Under the pieces are notes generated by a model. The model was given only the letters and a program-made list of their open reading frames with translations, was not told the DNA's origin and did no database searches. From an uncultured delta proteobacterium (GTDB lineage: Bacteria; Myxococcota_A; Polyangia; Polyangiales; Polyangiaceae): DNA of 64,000 nucleotides. Location: contig CAWDXG010000001.1 of assembly GCA_963806225.1 (NCBI GenBank), positions 896,001-960,000 of the forward strand, written 5' to 3'. This document shows positions 52,216 to 61,578 of this stretch, one piece after another. A program made the position numbers and the translations under genes. Every line of letters begins with the position of its first letter. Positions within the stretch are counted from its first letter, which is position 1.

Positions 52216-52470
52216 TCATGCCACCAGCTGGTATTCGCGCAACCGCGCGAGGAAGTCCTCGATGTCGCGCTCGACGTCGTCACCCGCGTCCAGGTCGAAC
52301 GCGTTGCGCACCTCGGCGGCGGCTTCGCCCGGGCTCTTGCCCTCCTTGAGCGCGCCCAGGATGGCGAGCCCCGTGGCGTTGATCGAGAAGCTGTGCCCGG
52401 TCAGCGGATCGAACACGAAGCCCGAGTCGCTGATCGCGAGTTGCCTGAGGCGCGAGGTGTCGAGCGGCAT
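52216..52470 (-). CDS. Stand-alone PqqD-family / RiPP recognition element-like protein
   Basis: 84 aa, LAISDSGFVFDPLTGHSFSINATG..DIEDFLARL: three strands then three helices. GGAGG RBS upstream. Confidence 0.85.
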   Translation of the reverse strand: MPLDTSRLRQLAISDSGFVFDPLTGHSFSINATGLAILGALKEGKSPGEAAAEVRNAFDLDAGDDVERDIEDFLARLREYQLVA

Positions 52471-52511
52471 TGGGGGACCTCCCGCCGCGGCGGGCGGTAC
52501 GCCCAAGCTCC

Positions 52512-52527
52512 TTCAAGGAGCGTGCCG
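52512..52527 (-). promoter_or_regulatory. Candidate sigma54-like promoter for the PqqD operon
   Basis: Minus strand CGGCACGCTCCTTGAA; good -24 match, with GA instead of GC at -12. Confidence 0.35.
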
Positions 52528-52686
52528 TATGGCAATCTGCGAGCATGTCGCAGCTCTCCCCTCCGCGCGGCAGCACGCCGCGCAGAAGTTGCGTGGGCCC
52601 GGGAGCTGGGCGCGCTCTTCGCGGCGGCGGGTCCGCCCGGGTCGAGCGGCCCGAGGCACTACCTGTGCGGTACTGACGTCGCGCGC

Positions 52687-53541
52687 CTACTCCGCCGTCC
52701 ACGCGATGCTGCGCTTGTGCAGCTCGTCCATCAGCGCGTCGTCGCGGGCGGGGCGGCTCGGCTTCCGCGCGGCGCAGTTGTCGTAGTACAGGCCGCTCTG
52801 GTCGGCGGCGTCGGGCGACGTGGCGCAGTAGAGCGAGGTCGCGGCGCCTTCCTCGGTCGAGACCATGAACAGCTTGATCAGGCCGCGGATGGGTTGCGGC
52901 ATGCGCCGCCACGCGTCCGATGCGACCACACCGGGATGCAGCGAATACGTCGTGACGCCGGTGCCCTCCAGGCGCCGGGCGAGCTCCCGACCGTGCAGGA
53001 TGTTGGCCAGCTTCGAGACGGCGTACTCGCGCATGCCGGTGATGCTCGGCGTCTTCCGCCGCACGGCGTCGAAATCGATGCCCCGTGCCTGGTGGTGTTG
53101 CTTGCTCGATACGATGGCGATTCGCGACGGCGCCGACGCCCTCAACCGATCGAGCAGCAGCTCCGTCAAGAGGAAGTGGCCGAGGTGGTTTACGCCGAAG
53201 TGCAGCTCGAAGCCATCGCTGGTCAGGCCGCGCTGGCCGGCGACGCCGGCATTGTTGATCAGCGCATCGATGCGCTCGGCGCGTTCGAGGATATCGTGCG
53301 CGGCCCGTCGCACCGACGCGAGCGAGCCCAGGTCGAGCGCGACGGTCTCGACCTGCTTGTTGCCGGTATCCGCGATGATGCTCTCTCGGGCGGGCTGCAT
53401 GCGTTCGTGCGAACGCGCCGCGGCGAGCACGCGTGCCCCCGCCCCGGCGAGAGCGCGCGCCGTGGCCAGCCCGATGCCGGTGTTGGCGCCGGTGACGACA
53501 TAGACCTTGCCGGACAAATCCGGGAGCGACTTGACAGGCAT
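52687..53541 (-). CDS. Short-chain dehydrogenase/reductase (retinol dehydrogenase-like)
   Basis: TGANTGIG, NNAG, NHLGHF, YAVSK. Confidence 0.92.
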   Translation of the reverse strand: MPVKSLPDLSGKVYVVTGANTGIGLATARALAGAGARVLAAARSHERMQPARESIIADTGNKQVETVALDLGSLASVRRAAHDILERAERIDALINNAGVAGQRGLTSDGFELHFGVNHLGHFLLTELLLDRLRASAPSRIAIVSSKQHHQARGIDFDAVRRKTPSITGMREYAVSKLANILHGRELARRLEGTGVTTYSLHPGVVASDAWRRMPQPIRGLIKLFMVSTEEGAATSLYCATSPDAADQSGLYYDNCAARKPSRPARDDALMDELHKRSIAWTAE

Positions 53542-53554
53542 CTTCGCGCGCCGC

Positions 53555-54727
53555 TCAGCTCTTGAGCACGTGCGCGGCGCCGATGCCGGCGGCGAGCTCT
53601 TCCGGGGTGATGCGCCCGTCGCCGTCGCAGTCGAGTGCGTCGAACACGGCGTCCGTGCCGCTCCACTCTTCGCGGGTGATCGAGCCGTCGCCGTCGAGAT
53701 CGTAGATCCCGAACATCTCCTCGGCGGCGGACTTGAGCCGGTCCTGGCCGTCGCGGCGTGCCTGCCTGAGAGCGAGCACGCTCTCGAGTGTCTCGATGGC
53801 CTTGGTGAAGCCGTGGATGCCCTCTTCCAGCTTGGTGTGCGCCATGGCGTCCTCGGCGTGCATGCGCTGGAAAGTGGCCTTGTCGATCGTGAGCTTGTCG
53901 ACCGACTTGCCCTTGGCCGCGGCGGGGTCGAGCTTGCGCGGCAGGGCCTCGTCGGTGCTGCGCAGCTCCGTGAGGAACTTCGGCGAGATGGTCAAGAGGT
54001 CGCAGCCGGCCAGCTCACGGATTTCGCCGAGGTTCCTGAAGCTGGCACCCATGATCTCGGTCTTGTACTCGAAGTGCTTGAAGTAGTTGAAGATGGTGGT
54101 GACCGACTCGACGCCGGGGTCCTCGCTGGGCGGGTAGCTCTCGCGGCCGGTCTGCTTCTTGTAGTAGTCGAGGATACGGCCGACGAAGGGCGAAACGAGC
54201 GTCACGTGCGCGTCCGCGCAGGCCACGGCCTGGTGCAGGCCGAAGAGCAGCGTGAGGTTGCAGTGGATGCCTTCCTTCTCCAGCTGCTCCGCGGCGCGGA
54301 TCCCTTCCCAGGTGGAAGCGATCTTGATCAGCACGCGTTCGCGCGTCGAGCCGGCCTCCTCGTACTGCTTGATGAGCTTGTGCGCCTTCTTCATCGTGGC
54401 GTCGGTGTCGTAGGACAGCCGCGCGTCCACCTCGGTCGAGACGCGTCCTTCCACGATGCCGAGGATGCGCAGGCCGAACTCGACGCTAAGCCGGTCGATG
54501 GCCTCGCGTACGATCTCGTCGCGGGTCGAGCCGGGGCCGGCGGCCTTCGTCGCCCACTCGAGCGCGCCGTCGACGATGTCGCTGTACTCTGGCATCTGCG
54601 CCGCGGCCGTCAGCAGCGACGGGTTGGTCGTCGCGTCGCGCGGCTTGAACTTCTTGATCGACTCGATGTCGCCGGTGTCGGCGACCACGACGGTCATCTT
54701 GGCTAGCTGCTCGTACAGGCTCGGCAT
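53555..54727 (-). CDS. tal: Transaldolase with C-terminal EF-hand pair
   Basis: [48 protein letters not shown] and [12 protein letters not shown]. Confidence 0.95.
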   Translation of the reverse strand: MPSLYEQLAKMTVVVADTGDIESIKKFKPRDATTNPSLLTAAAQMPEYSDIVDGALEWATKAAGPGSTRDEIVREAIDRLSVEFGLRILGIVEGRVSTEVDARLSYDTDATMKKAHKLIKQYEEAGSTRERVLIKIASTWEGIRAAEQLEKEGIHCNLTLLFGLHQAVACADAHVTLVSPFVGRILDYYKKQTGRESYPPSEDPGVESVTTIFNYFKHFEYKTEIMGASFRNLGEIRELAGCDLLTISPKFLTELRSTDEALPRKLDPAAAKGKSVDKLTIDKATFQRMHAEDAMAHTKLEEGIHGFTKAIETLESVLALRQARRDGQDRLKSAAEEMFGIYDLDGDGSITREEWSGTDAVFDALDCDGDGRITPEELAAGIGAAHVLKS

Positions 54728-54809
54728 CGTCGACAGCTCCTTTCCGCGCGCAAGGCGCCCCTCGGGCCCCCATGCGTAGGTCGGCGGCGCGGGAGACGCA
54801 ACCGACGCC

Positions 54810-55958
54810 TCAGCGGAGCCAGCCAATCTCCCGCGCCGTCCAGCGCCCGACCGCGAGCTCGGCGAGCCTGTCCGGCGGGCGCTCGCGGCCCGGCGCGAGC
54901 ACGACGTTGCGGGCCATGACTTCCGCGGTGCGTTGCGGATAGAGCGGCACGAGGTCGGGATTGCCGAGCCCCTGAGGCACGAGTGCGTGGCCCGAGCTGT
55001 CGTACCTGTCGCTGGCGCCCAGCGTGTGGAAGAGCTCGTGCGTTGCCACGAACAGCGCGAAGTCGACCATGTCACGACCGAGGTCGACGCTGACAACGCC
55101 CACGCGCCCGCCTTCTTCGCTTTCGCCTTCGATCATGCGACGACGACCGTGCGGTGGTTCGACGACGAGATAGATGCGGCTGTCGTAGGCGTCGGGGTCG
55201 ACGCCGGCCCGGGCGTCGACCCGCGACAGATAGCGCCAGAGCTCGTATTGGTGCCGCGCCAGCTGCACGATGCCGTCGCCGGCCGGGCTCGGCGGCGGTG
55301 TGCCGATGTCGATCGGTCCGGCGACGGTGAACTCGAACGGCGCGGGGCCCTGCCGGTAGCGGTGCATCTGCGCGGCGAGGTGCGTTGCCAGATCGTGGCT
55401 GCGTGCCCGCAGCTGTGCGATCGCGGCCGGATCGACCGGGCCGTGCCGCAGCACCACCAGCGCGACGTCCAGAGTCCGGGTCCACTCGACGCGTTCGCGC
55501 CGGCCGTAGACGTCGTGCCATGCGTACAAGAGCACGATCGCGAGCACACCCAGCAGCACGCCGATGCGCGCGTTCCGGAAAGCAGTTCGGCGGCGCCGTC
55601 TGCCCAGGCACTTCTGGCACAGGTCCGTACCGGCGTGCGCCCGGCACACGCTGCAGATCGGAGCCTCGCAGCGCGTGCAGGTAGCTTCGGCGTCCAGCGC
55701 GGCGTGCGTCCCGCACCTGCCCCGCGTGCTGCCCAGCGCGACGGGCTCGGCCTCGGCACCCGCGCTGGCGACAAGCGCGACCAGCTCGCGCGCTCCAGCC
55801 TCGTCCATGCGACGCGGAGTGTTGGCCGGCGCCCGGTCGAGCAATACGCGAGCGTCGCCGAACGGGATGGCCAGCACGCGCGCCAGCTCCATCGCCAGGT
55901 GCGCGCGCCGCTCCTGGGTGGCCGGCGCGCTGAGGATGCGGACGGCGAACGCGCTCAA
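54810..55958 (-). CDS. Membrane protein with B-box-like zinc finger and extracytoplasmic zinc-metalloprotease-like domain
   Basis: TTG start overlapping the upstream TGA; CGTH..CTRC..CSVC..CQKC; one [16 protein letters not shown]. Confidence 0.7.
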   Translation of the reverse strand: MSAFAVRILSAPATQERRAHLAMELARVLAIPFGDARVLLDRAPANTPRRMDEAGARELVALVASAGAEAEPVALGSTRGRCGTHAALDAEATCTRCEAPICSVCRAHAGTDLCQKCLGRRRRRTAFRNARIGVLLGVLAIVLLYAWHDVYGRRERVEWTRTLDVALVVLRHGPVDPAAIAQLRARSHDLATHLAAQMHRYRQGPAPFEFTVAGPIDIGTPPPSPAGDGIVQLARHQYELWRYLSRVDARAGVDPDAYDSRIYLVVEPPHGRRRMIEGESEEGGRVGVVSVDLGRDMVDFALFVATHELFHTLGASDRYDSSGHALVPQGLGNPDLVPLYPQRTAEVMARNVVLAPGRERPPDRLAELAVGRWTAREIGWLR

Positions 55959-58096
55959 ACGGCTCCGGGAACAACGCGACCACAGCGCACGCGCGCGTCG
56001 ACGACGACGCAGCCTTCGCCGGGCGGCAGGATCTTCACGGGATTCAGGTCCATCTCGAGCAGGCAGTCGATGTCGTCGACCATGCGGTTCACGCGGGCGA
56101 TCAGATCGCGTAGGGCGTCGAGGTCGCCGGCTGGCGCGCCGCGGTAGCCGGCGAGCAGCTTCGAGGCCTGCACGCTGTCGATCATCGAGTCGATGTCGTG
56201 GCGGGTGAGGGGATGCAGGCGGAAGGCGACGTCCTTCAGGAGCTCGACGTGGATGCCGCCGAGACCGAACATCACCAGTGGCCCGAACGTGCGGTCGTGC
56301 GTCAGGCCGACTACGGCCTCGATACCCTGCTGGAGGTAGCGCTGTACCATCACGCCGCGGAAGGCGCTGCCGAGGCCGAGCTCGTCGACGCGGCGCTGGA
56401 TGCCGGCATAGGCTTTCTCCACTTCCTCGGGATTGCGCCGGTCGAGGATCACGCCGCCGATATCGGACTTGTGCGCTACCTGGTCGGCGATCACCTTGAG
56501 CACCACGGGGAAGCCGAGCTGGGCGGCCTTCTCCGCGGCTCCGGCAGCCGAGTTGGCGACGGCCGACTCCGGCGTGCGGATCCCGTAGCTCGACAGGAGC
56601 TCGGTAGCGCGCCCGGGCGGAAGCCACACTCCGCCCGCCTCGCTCTGCGCGGCCGCGGCCTCGCACACTTCGGCTCCTCGCGTCGTGCCGATCTCGACCG
56701 GCACGATCGGGCTGTCGGCGTGCTCGAGCCATTCGCCGTATCCCGCCGCGCGGGCCAGCGCTCGCGCGGCCGACTCCGGGAAAGCGTACGATGGGATGCG
56801 CACCTCGCTCGCGGCTTCCCCGTGCAGTCCCGTGCGGAAGCCGTGCGTGCCCATGAAGCAGGAGACCACGGGCTTGTCGGTAGAAGCCGCACTTCCGGCG
56901 ATGGCGCGCGCCACGTCCGGCGCGGCGGTCATCAGCGGCGGGACAAAGATCACGAGCAGCGCGTCGATGTTGTCGTCGGCGAGCAGCACCGAGACGGCGC
57001 GGCGGTAGCTTTCCGCGTCGGCCGAGGCGATCATGTCCACCGGGTTTCCGAGCGACGCTTCCGGTGGCAGGAAGCCGGCGAGCGCTTCGAGGGTCTCGGG
57101 CGCGAGCCCCGGTAGCTCGAGCGAATAGTGTTCGCAGGCGTCGGCCGCGAGGATACCGGGCCCCCCGGCGTTGGTCAGGATGGCGACGCGCCGGCCGCGT
57201 GGCACGGGCTGCGTCGCCAGCAGCATGCCAGTGTCGAACAGCTCCTCGATGGTCGTGACGCGGATCACGCCGGCCTGCTCGAACAGGGCCTCCACAGCGG
57301 TATCGGTGCCGGCCAGCGCGCCTGTGTGGGAGGCGGCGGCGCGCGATCCACTCAGGGTGCGCCCGCTCTTGACCGCCACAATGGGTTTCTCGCGCGCGAT
57401 GCGGCGTGCCAGTCGCGTGAAGCGGCGCGGGTTGCCGAAGCTCTCGAGGTACATGAGCACGACGCGGGTATCATCGTCTTCCCCCCAGTGCTCCAGCACG
57501 TCATTGCCCGAAACATCCGCGCGGTTGCCGACGCTCACGAAGGACGAGACGCCGATGCCGAGCTGTGCGGCACGGTCGAGCACGGCGACGCCGAGCGCTC
57601 CGCTCTGCGACAGGAATGCGACGGGGCCCGGGTCCGGAAACGCATGTGCGAACGTCGCGTTCAAGCTCACGTCGGGCCGCGTGTTGATCACCCCGAGGCA
57701 GTTGGGGCCGACCAGTCGCATGCCGTAGCGGCGTGCGATGCGCAGGAGCTCGGCTTCCCGCTCCACGCCCTCGCCGCCGATCTCCTTGAAGCCTGCCGAC
57801 ACCACGACCACGGCGCGTACGCCCTTCCGGCCGCATTGTTCGAGCGCCTCGACCGCGTGCGATGCGGGCAGAGCCAACACGGCGAGGTCCACCTCGTCCG
57901 GGATGTCGAGCACGGAGCGGTAGGCCCGCACCGATTGCACGTAGGACGCTGACGGGTTCACCGGATACACCGGCCCGTTGAAGTGACAGCGCATCAGGTT
58001 GGCGAGCAGCTCGCCGCCGACGCTGCCCAGCGAGCGGGAGGCGCCGAGCACGGCGACGGAACGCGGGGAGAGGATGGGGCGGATGGAAGCGGGCAC
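55955..58096 (-). CDS. ADP-forming acetate/acyl-CoA ligase (fused alpha-beta)
   Basis: SVAVLGAS, GPNCLG, SQSGA, ASHTGALAG (phospho-His), NAGGPG, NPVD, C-terminal ATP-grasp HKSDIGGV..DLNP. No GNAT domain. Confidence 0.92.
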   Translation of the reverse strand: MPASIRPILSPRSVAVLGASRSLGSVGGELLANLMRCHFNGPVYPVNPSASYVQSVRAYRSVLDIPDEVDLAVLALPASHAVEALEQCGRKGVRAVVVVSAGFKEIGGEGVEREAELLRIARRYGMRLVGPNCLGVINTRPDVSLNATFAHAFPDPGPVAFLSQSGALGVAVLDRAAQLGIGVSSFVSVGNRADVSGNDVLEHWGEDDDTRVVLMYLESFGNPRRFTRLARRIAREKPIVAVKSGRTLSGSRAAASHTGALAGTDTAVEALFEQAGVIRVTTIEELFDTGMLLATQPVPRGRRVAILTNAGGPGILAADACEHYSLELPGLAPETLEALAGFLPPEASLGNPVDMIASADAESYRRAVSVLLADDNIDALLVIFVPPLMTAAPDVARAIAGSAASTDKPVVSCFMGTHGFRTGLHGEAASEVRIPSYAFPESAARALARAAGYGEWLEHADSPIVPVEIGTTRGAEVCEAAAAQSEAGGVWLPPGRATELLSSYGIRTPESAVANSAAGAAEKAAQLGFPVVLKVIADQVAHKSDIGGVILDRRNPEEVEKAYAGIQRRVDELGLGSAFRGVMVQRYLQQGIEAVVGLTHDRTFGPLVMFGLGGIHVELLKDVAFRLHPLTRHDIDSMIDSVQASKLLAGYRGAPAGDLDALRDLIARVNRMVDDIDCLLEMDLNPVKILPPGEGCVVVDARVRCGRVVPGAV

Positions 58097-58113
58097 TTTG
58101 GGCGATAGTAGGT

Positions 58114-58776
58114 TCAGTGCTTGCTCTTGTCCTTGTGCTTCGAGTCGCTGTCGTCGTTCTTGTCGGTCTGTTTCGCCGCTCCCGAGTCGACAAACCGCAA
58201 CTTCGGGCGGGCCTGCCCCCTGGGCCAGCGGATCTCGAACACGCGCTTTCCGTCGTGCCAGCTGAGCTCGGCCTGGTAGGTGCGCCCGGGCACGAGCTGC
58301 GTCTCCAGGCGGATCGATTCGCCCTTGCGCGCGAAGATGTACGCGGGAGCGCCGGCCTGCTCCCGGGTCTCCGCCGCCTCGGGCTTGCCGAGCTCCCCCT
58401 TGTTACCTGTGCACGAGAGCCGGATCCATTCGCGGATCATCCGTGCCTGGCAGCCTAGCTGCTCCGCGCCGTCGACCTGGATCGCCTGGCCCTTCTGCTT
58501 CCAGTCGCGCACGGCCGGCAGCCGCGAGCCGGGGAGGGGGATGCTGGCGGGCAGTCCGTCGGCGGCCATCGGCACTTTCGGTCGATCCGGCTCTGGCACC
58601 GCGGCGGCGCTCGCAGCCGCGCTGGCCGGGTTGGGCGGCGCGGTCCGGGGCGTCGGGACGGCGCTCGCCGCGGGCGGCTCCGGAGCCGACCCGCTATCCG
58701 GCGAGGGGTGATCGCACGCGGGAAGGCACAGCGTCGTTGCGGCGATCAGCAGGAGAGAGCGGAGAAGAATCTGCAC
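58114..58776 (-). CDS. Hypothetical lipoprotein
   Basis: Lipobox CLPAC, Pro/Ala linker, GCQARMIREWIRLSC domain. Start could be 58809. Confidence 0.7.
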   Translation of the reverse strand: MQILLRSLLLIAATTLCLPACDHPSPDSGSAPEPPAASAVPTPRTAPPNPASAAASAAAVPEPDRPKVPMAADGLPASIPLPGSRLPAVRDWKQKGQAIQVDGAEQLGCQARMIREWIRLSCTGNKGELGKPEAAETREQAGAPAYIFARKGESIRLETQLVPGRTYQAELSWHDGKRVFEIRWPRGQARPKLRFVDSGAAKQTDKNDDSDSKHKDKSKH

Positions 58777-58968
58777 GTGCGCCCCGGGGCTCGAGGAAGA
58801 CGCGCCCATTCGAAGCGGGGATGCGGCTCGAGGTCAAGGCCGTGTCGAGCGCGTCGACGCCGACAACGCGCCGGCCCGGGAGCGGATTCCCCTGGCAGAC
58901 CCTCCCTCGCCGATATTCCGGGGCTCGACAATATTCCCGGAGACAATCGTGAGGCGGTCGACAGCGGG

Positions 58969-59337
58969 CTAGTCGACGACGACGCTGCCCTTGAACATCC
59001 CCATGCCACACTGGAACGCGAGTGTGCGCGACTTCGTTGTGGGCACCGGGATATCCACGGGCTTGTTCAGCGGCAGGTCTTTCTTGAGCCCGAGATCGGG
59101 GAAGACCACCTTCTTCGCACAGGTCTCGTCACTGGTGCGCGTGAAACGCAGCGTCACCGTCTGCCCCTTTGCGACTTTGACCTGGAGCGGAGTGAAGCCG
59201 TCGCCGTTGGCAGTTATGGCGACCACCCGCGGTGCCTGGGCCTGTGCGGCGGTCGTTGCGTCGGTCTTCTTGCTGCAGCCCGCTACGCCCACGAGGAGGG
59301 CGGTAGACAGCAGCGCGTAGCGGATGGGCTTGGTCAT
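58969..59337 (-). CDS. Cupredoxin-domain lipoprotein (CupA-like copper binding)
   Basis: Lipobox VAGC, GFTP, TCAKKVVFP, FQCGMGMFKG. Confidence 0.88.
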   Translation of the reverse strand: MTKPIRYALLSTALLVGVAGCSKKTDATTAAQAQAPRVVAITANGDGFTPLQVKVAKGQTVTLRFTRTSDETCAKKVVFPDLGLKKDLPLNKPVDIPVPTTKSRTLAFQCGMGMFKGSVVVD

Positions 59338-59350
59338 GTTGGGTGCAGTC

Positions 59351-59366
59351 AGCAACGACTGTGCCA
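59351..59366 (-). promoter_or_regulatory. Sigma54 promoter for the cupredoxin gene
   Basis: Minus strand TGGCACAGTCGTTGCT, near-consensus -24/-12. Confidence 0.7.
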
Positions 59367-59479
59367 GCTTGCCCCGGGGCGTGGCATTGTGCCTCCGGCA
59401 TCGAGGCAGAATGCACGGGCGTCCGGCGCTGGAAGGCGTGGTTCGGCTCGCATCCGGCCAACGTCGTGCGGTCCGACAA

Positions 59480-59495
59480 TGGCATGCCCGTTGCG
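59480..59495 (+). promoter_or_regulatory. Sigma54 promoter for the 59572 lipoprotein
   Basis: TGGCATGCCCGTTGCG, GG-N10-GC. Confidence 0.6.
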
Positions 59496-59571
59496 TCCCT
59501 TCCGGACAACGCCCTGCGGCGTCAGGCCGCCACGTCCACGCGACGGCGGCAGAACCACAAGGAGTAGGCTC

Positions 59572-60165
59572 ATGCGACGGGGGATCATCGCGGGAAGCTC
59601 GGTGGTGCTCGCGCTCGCCGGATGCAGCGCAGCGCCCGTGCCCCAGCCCAGCACAGCCGGGACGGGGCCGCGCGTTTTCGGGCCGTCTCCGCAGGAAACG
59701 GCCTACACCCGCGGCATCATCCAGCACGACGAGTGGCTGGCCACCCACCAGGGCGAGGCACCGCCGGCGCCCGCTGGGCAGCCGGAGGGCGAACCGCCCT
59801 GCGGTCTGCTGATGATGGACGTGCCCGACGGTCTCGCGCTCGTGTTCAGCGCCCGCGAGGGCGAGTCGGTGGATGCGCTCCGCAAGCGCGTCCGCGAGAT
59901 TGCTTCCCGCTACAACGACCGCGACCCGGATGCGCGGAAGCTGACGCAGGATCTCATGCACATGAAGCACCAGGTGTCGGCCCTGGCGAGCGAACAGAGC
60001 GTGCCTGGTGGAGCGCGACTCGTCCTGTCCACCGCCCATCGCGACGAGGTCCAGGCCCTGCGCGCGCTGATGCGCTGGCACGCCGCGGATTTGATGCCCG
60101 GCATCAGCGCCGAGGTGGGCCGTCAGGGACCGTGTCCGTCGCTGCCGAAACCTGTCTTTGGTTGA
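59572..60165 (+). CDS. Hypothetical lipoprotein
   Basis: AAGGAG RBS, lipobox LAGC; repeated DVPDGLALVF / SVPGGARLVL units; His/Met patch LMHMKH. Confidence 0.75.
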   Translation: MRRGIIAGSSVVLALAGCSAAPVPQPSTAGTGPRVFGPSPQETAYTRGIIQHDEWLATHQGEAPPAPAGQPEGEPPCGLLMMDVPDGLALVFSAREGESVDALRKRVREIASRYNDRDPDARKLTQDLMHMKHQVSALASEQSVPGGARLVLSTAHRDEVQALRALMRWHAADLMPGISAEVGRQGPCPSLPKPVFG

Positions 60166-60171
60166 CGCGAC

Positions 60172-60813
60172 TCACGCAGCATCCGCCGACCCGAGCGGCC
60201 TGCGTGCGATGCCGCGGATGCTGGGGCGCACCCAGGGTAGCGCCTTCCGGACGCTTTCACGCTCGATCCATTCGAGCTCGAAGCCGGCTTGTGTGATGTG
60301 GTCGGCGGTACGGCGTGTGGTGTGGCAGTTGCCTGCGACGAGGCGCCAGAACGGCTCGACGCGGCGCTGCCAGACCAGACGGCCGGGGTTGTTCTCGGCC
60401 GCGACGTGCTCGAGGAAGGCGAAGCTCCCTCCCGGCTTGAGCACGCGGTGGATCTCCGACAGCGCGCGCGCCGGGTTCGGCACGGAGCACAGCACCAGCG
60501 TGGCGACCACGGCGTCGAACGAAGCATCCGGAAGCGGCAGCTCCTCCAGCGAGCCTTCGCTCAGCACTACTCCGCTCCTGCCGCGCTCCGCGATCCGGTT
60601 CGACAGCTGCCGGCGCATGTGCGGGTCTGGCTCGGACAGCACGAGGCGGGCCACGTCCGCAGGATAGTGTTCGAGGTTGCTGCCGGTGCCCGCACCGACC
60701 TCCAGCACCTCGCCCGACAGCTCGCCCAGCAGCTGGGCGCGCCAGCTGGACAGGCAGGCCTGTTCACTCTCTGCCATGAAGCGGTTGTAGATGCGCGCGA
60801 CGAGCCAGGACAT
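60172..60813 (-). CDS. Class I SAM-dependent methyltransferase
   Basis: VLEVGAGTG, LPLPDASFDAVV, LVLCSV, RVLKPGG..LEH. Confidence 0.92.
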   Translation of the reverse strand: MSWLVARIYNRFMAESEQACLSSWRAQLLGELSGEVLEVGAGTGSNLEHYPADVARLVLSEPDPHMRRQLSNRIAERGRSGVVLSEGSLEELPLPDASFDAVVATLVLCSVPNPARALSEIHRVLKPGGSFAFLEHVAAENNPGRLVWQRRVEPFWRLVAGNCHTTRRTADHITQAGFELEWIERESVRKALPWVRPSIRGIARRPLGSADAA

Positions 60814-60858
60814 TGGATCTCCTTGGAGCGACCGATCGCTACCACGCAGCGGCGTCTG

Positions 60859-60874
60859 CGGCTCGCATCTTGCA
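60859..60874 (+). promoter_or_regulatory. Candidate sigma54 promoter for the CBS gene
   Basis: CGGCTCGCATCTTGCA, GG-N10-GC, 35 bp before the ATG. Confidence 0.5.
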
Positions 60875-60909
60875 TATTTCTCTCCGGGGGGACGAGGAGG
60901 AGGTGCCCA

Positions 60910-61410
60910 ATGCTGGTCAGAGACGCGATGAGCCGGGACGTGGTGGCGGTATCGATGGGCACATCGATTGCGGATGCGCTGTCCGTGGCCAGCGAGTATG
61001 GCATCGAGTATCTGCCGGTGCTCGATGCCGGACAGGTTGCCGGGGTGCTCTCGGCGAGTGAGTTCGTGCACGCGCGGCTCGATTTCGACGCCGCGGGGCA
61101 GATGCACGTGCCCGCCGTCTGCATCGATCCGGGTGCGCCACTCGAGCAGGCCGTCGCCGAGATGAATGCCGGCGACGTGAGCTGCCTCCTGGCCATGGAC
61201 GGCGATCGTCTCGTCGGGATCCTCACGCGCGGTGATCTGTTGCGGGCCGGCCTGTCCGACGAGCAGGTGGTCGGAGAACGCCGGTGCAGCGCCTGCGGTA
61301 CCTATCGCCACGTCCATCGTGGTGCTCGCGACGGTCTGATGCTGTGCGTGGACTGTCGCGAGCGATCGATTCCGCCGCTTGCCGGAGAGGAGCTCGGCGT
61401 AGCGGGCTGA
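60910..61410 (+). CDS. CBS-domain pair protein with C-terminal four-Cys zinc finger
   Basis: VRDAMSRDV, LPVLD..VAGVLS, LVGILTRGDL; CSACG..CVDC; GGAGG RBS. Confidence 0.88.
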   Translation: MLVRDAMSRDVVAVSMGTSIADALSVASEYGIEYLPVLDAGQVAGVLSASEFVHARLDFDAAGQMHVPAVCIDPGAPLEQAVAEMNAGDVSCLLAMDGDRLVGILTRGDLLRAGLSDEQVVGERRCSACGTYRHVHRGARDGLMLCVDCRERSIPPLAGEELGVAG

Positions 61411-61578
61411 CGAACCGTCGGGTCGCCGACCGGATGCCACGGGGAGCGGACGCCTGCCGATCGCTGCGGCACGATTTGATGCGGAAAGTGCGGGGTTCGG
61501 TGTCTTCCGGGCTTTACACCGGCAGCGAAAGGTACAACACCTCGCTGGTCGCCTGGCCTCTCCGGGCGGAATATCCAG

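Noticed and set aside
52216..52470. PQQ biosynthesis locus
   Set aside because: No pqqA, pqqB, pqqC or pqqE nearby; the radical SAM at 38-39 kb is 13 kb away in a separate unit.
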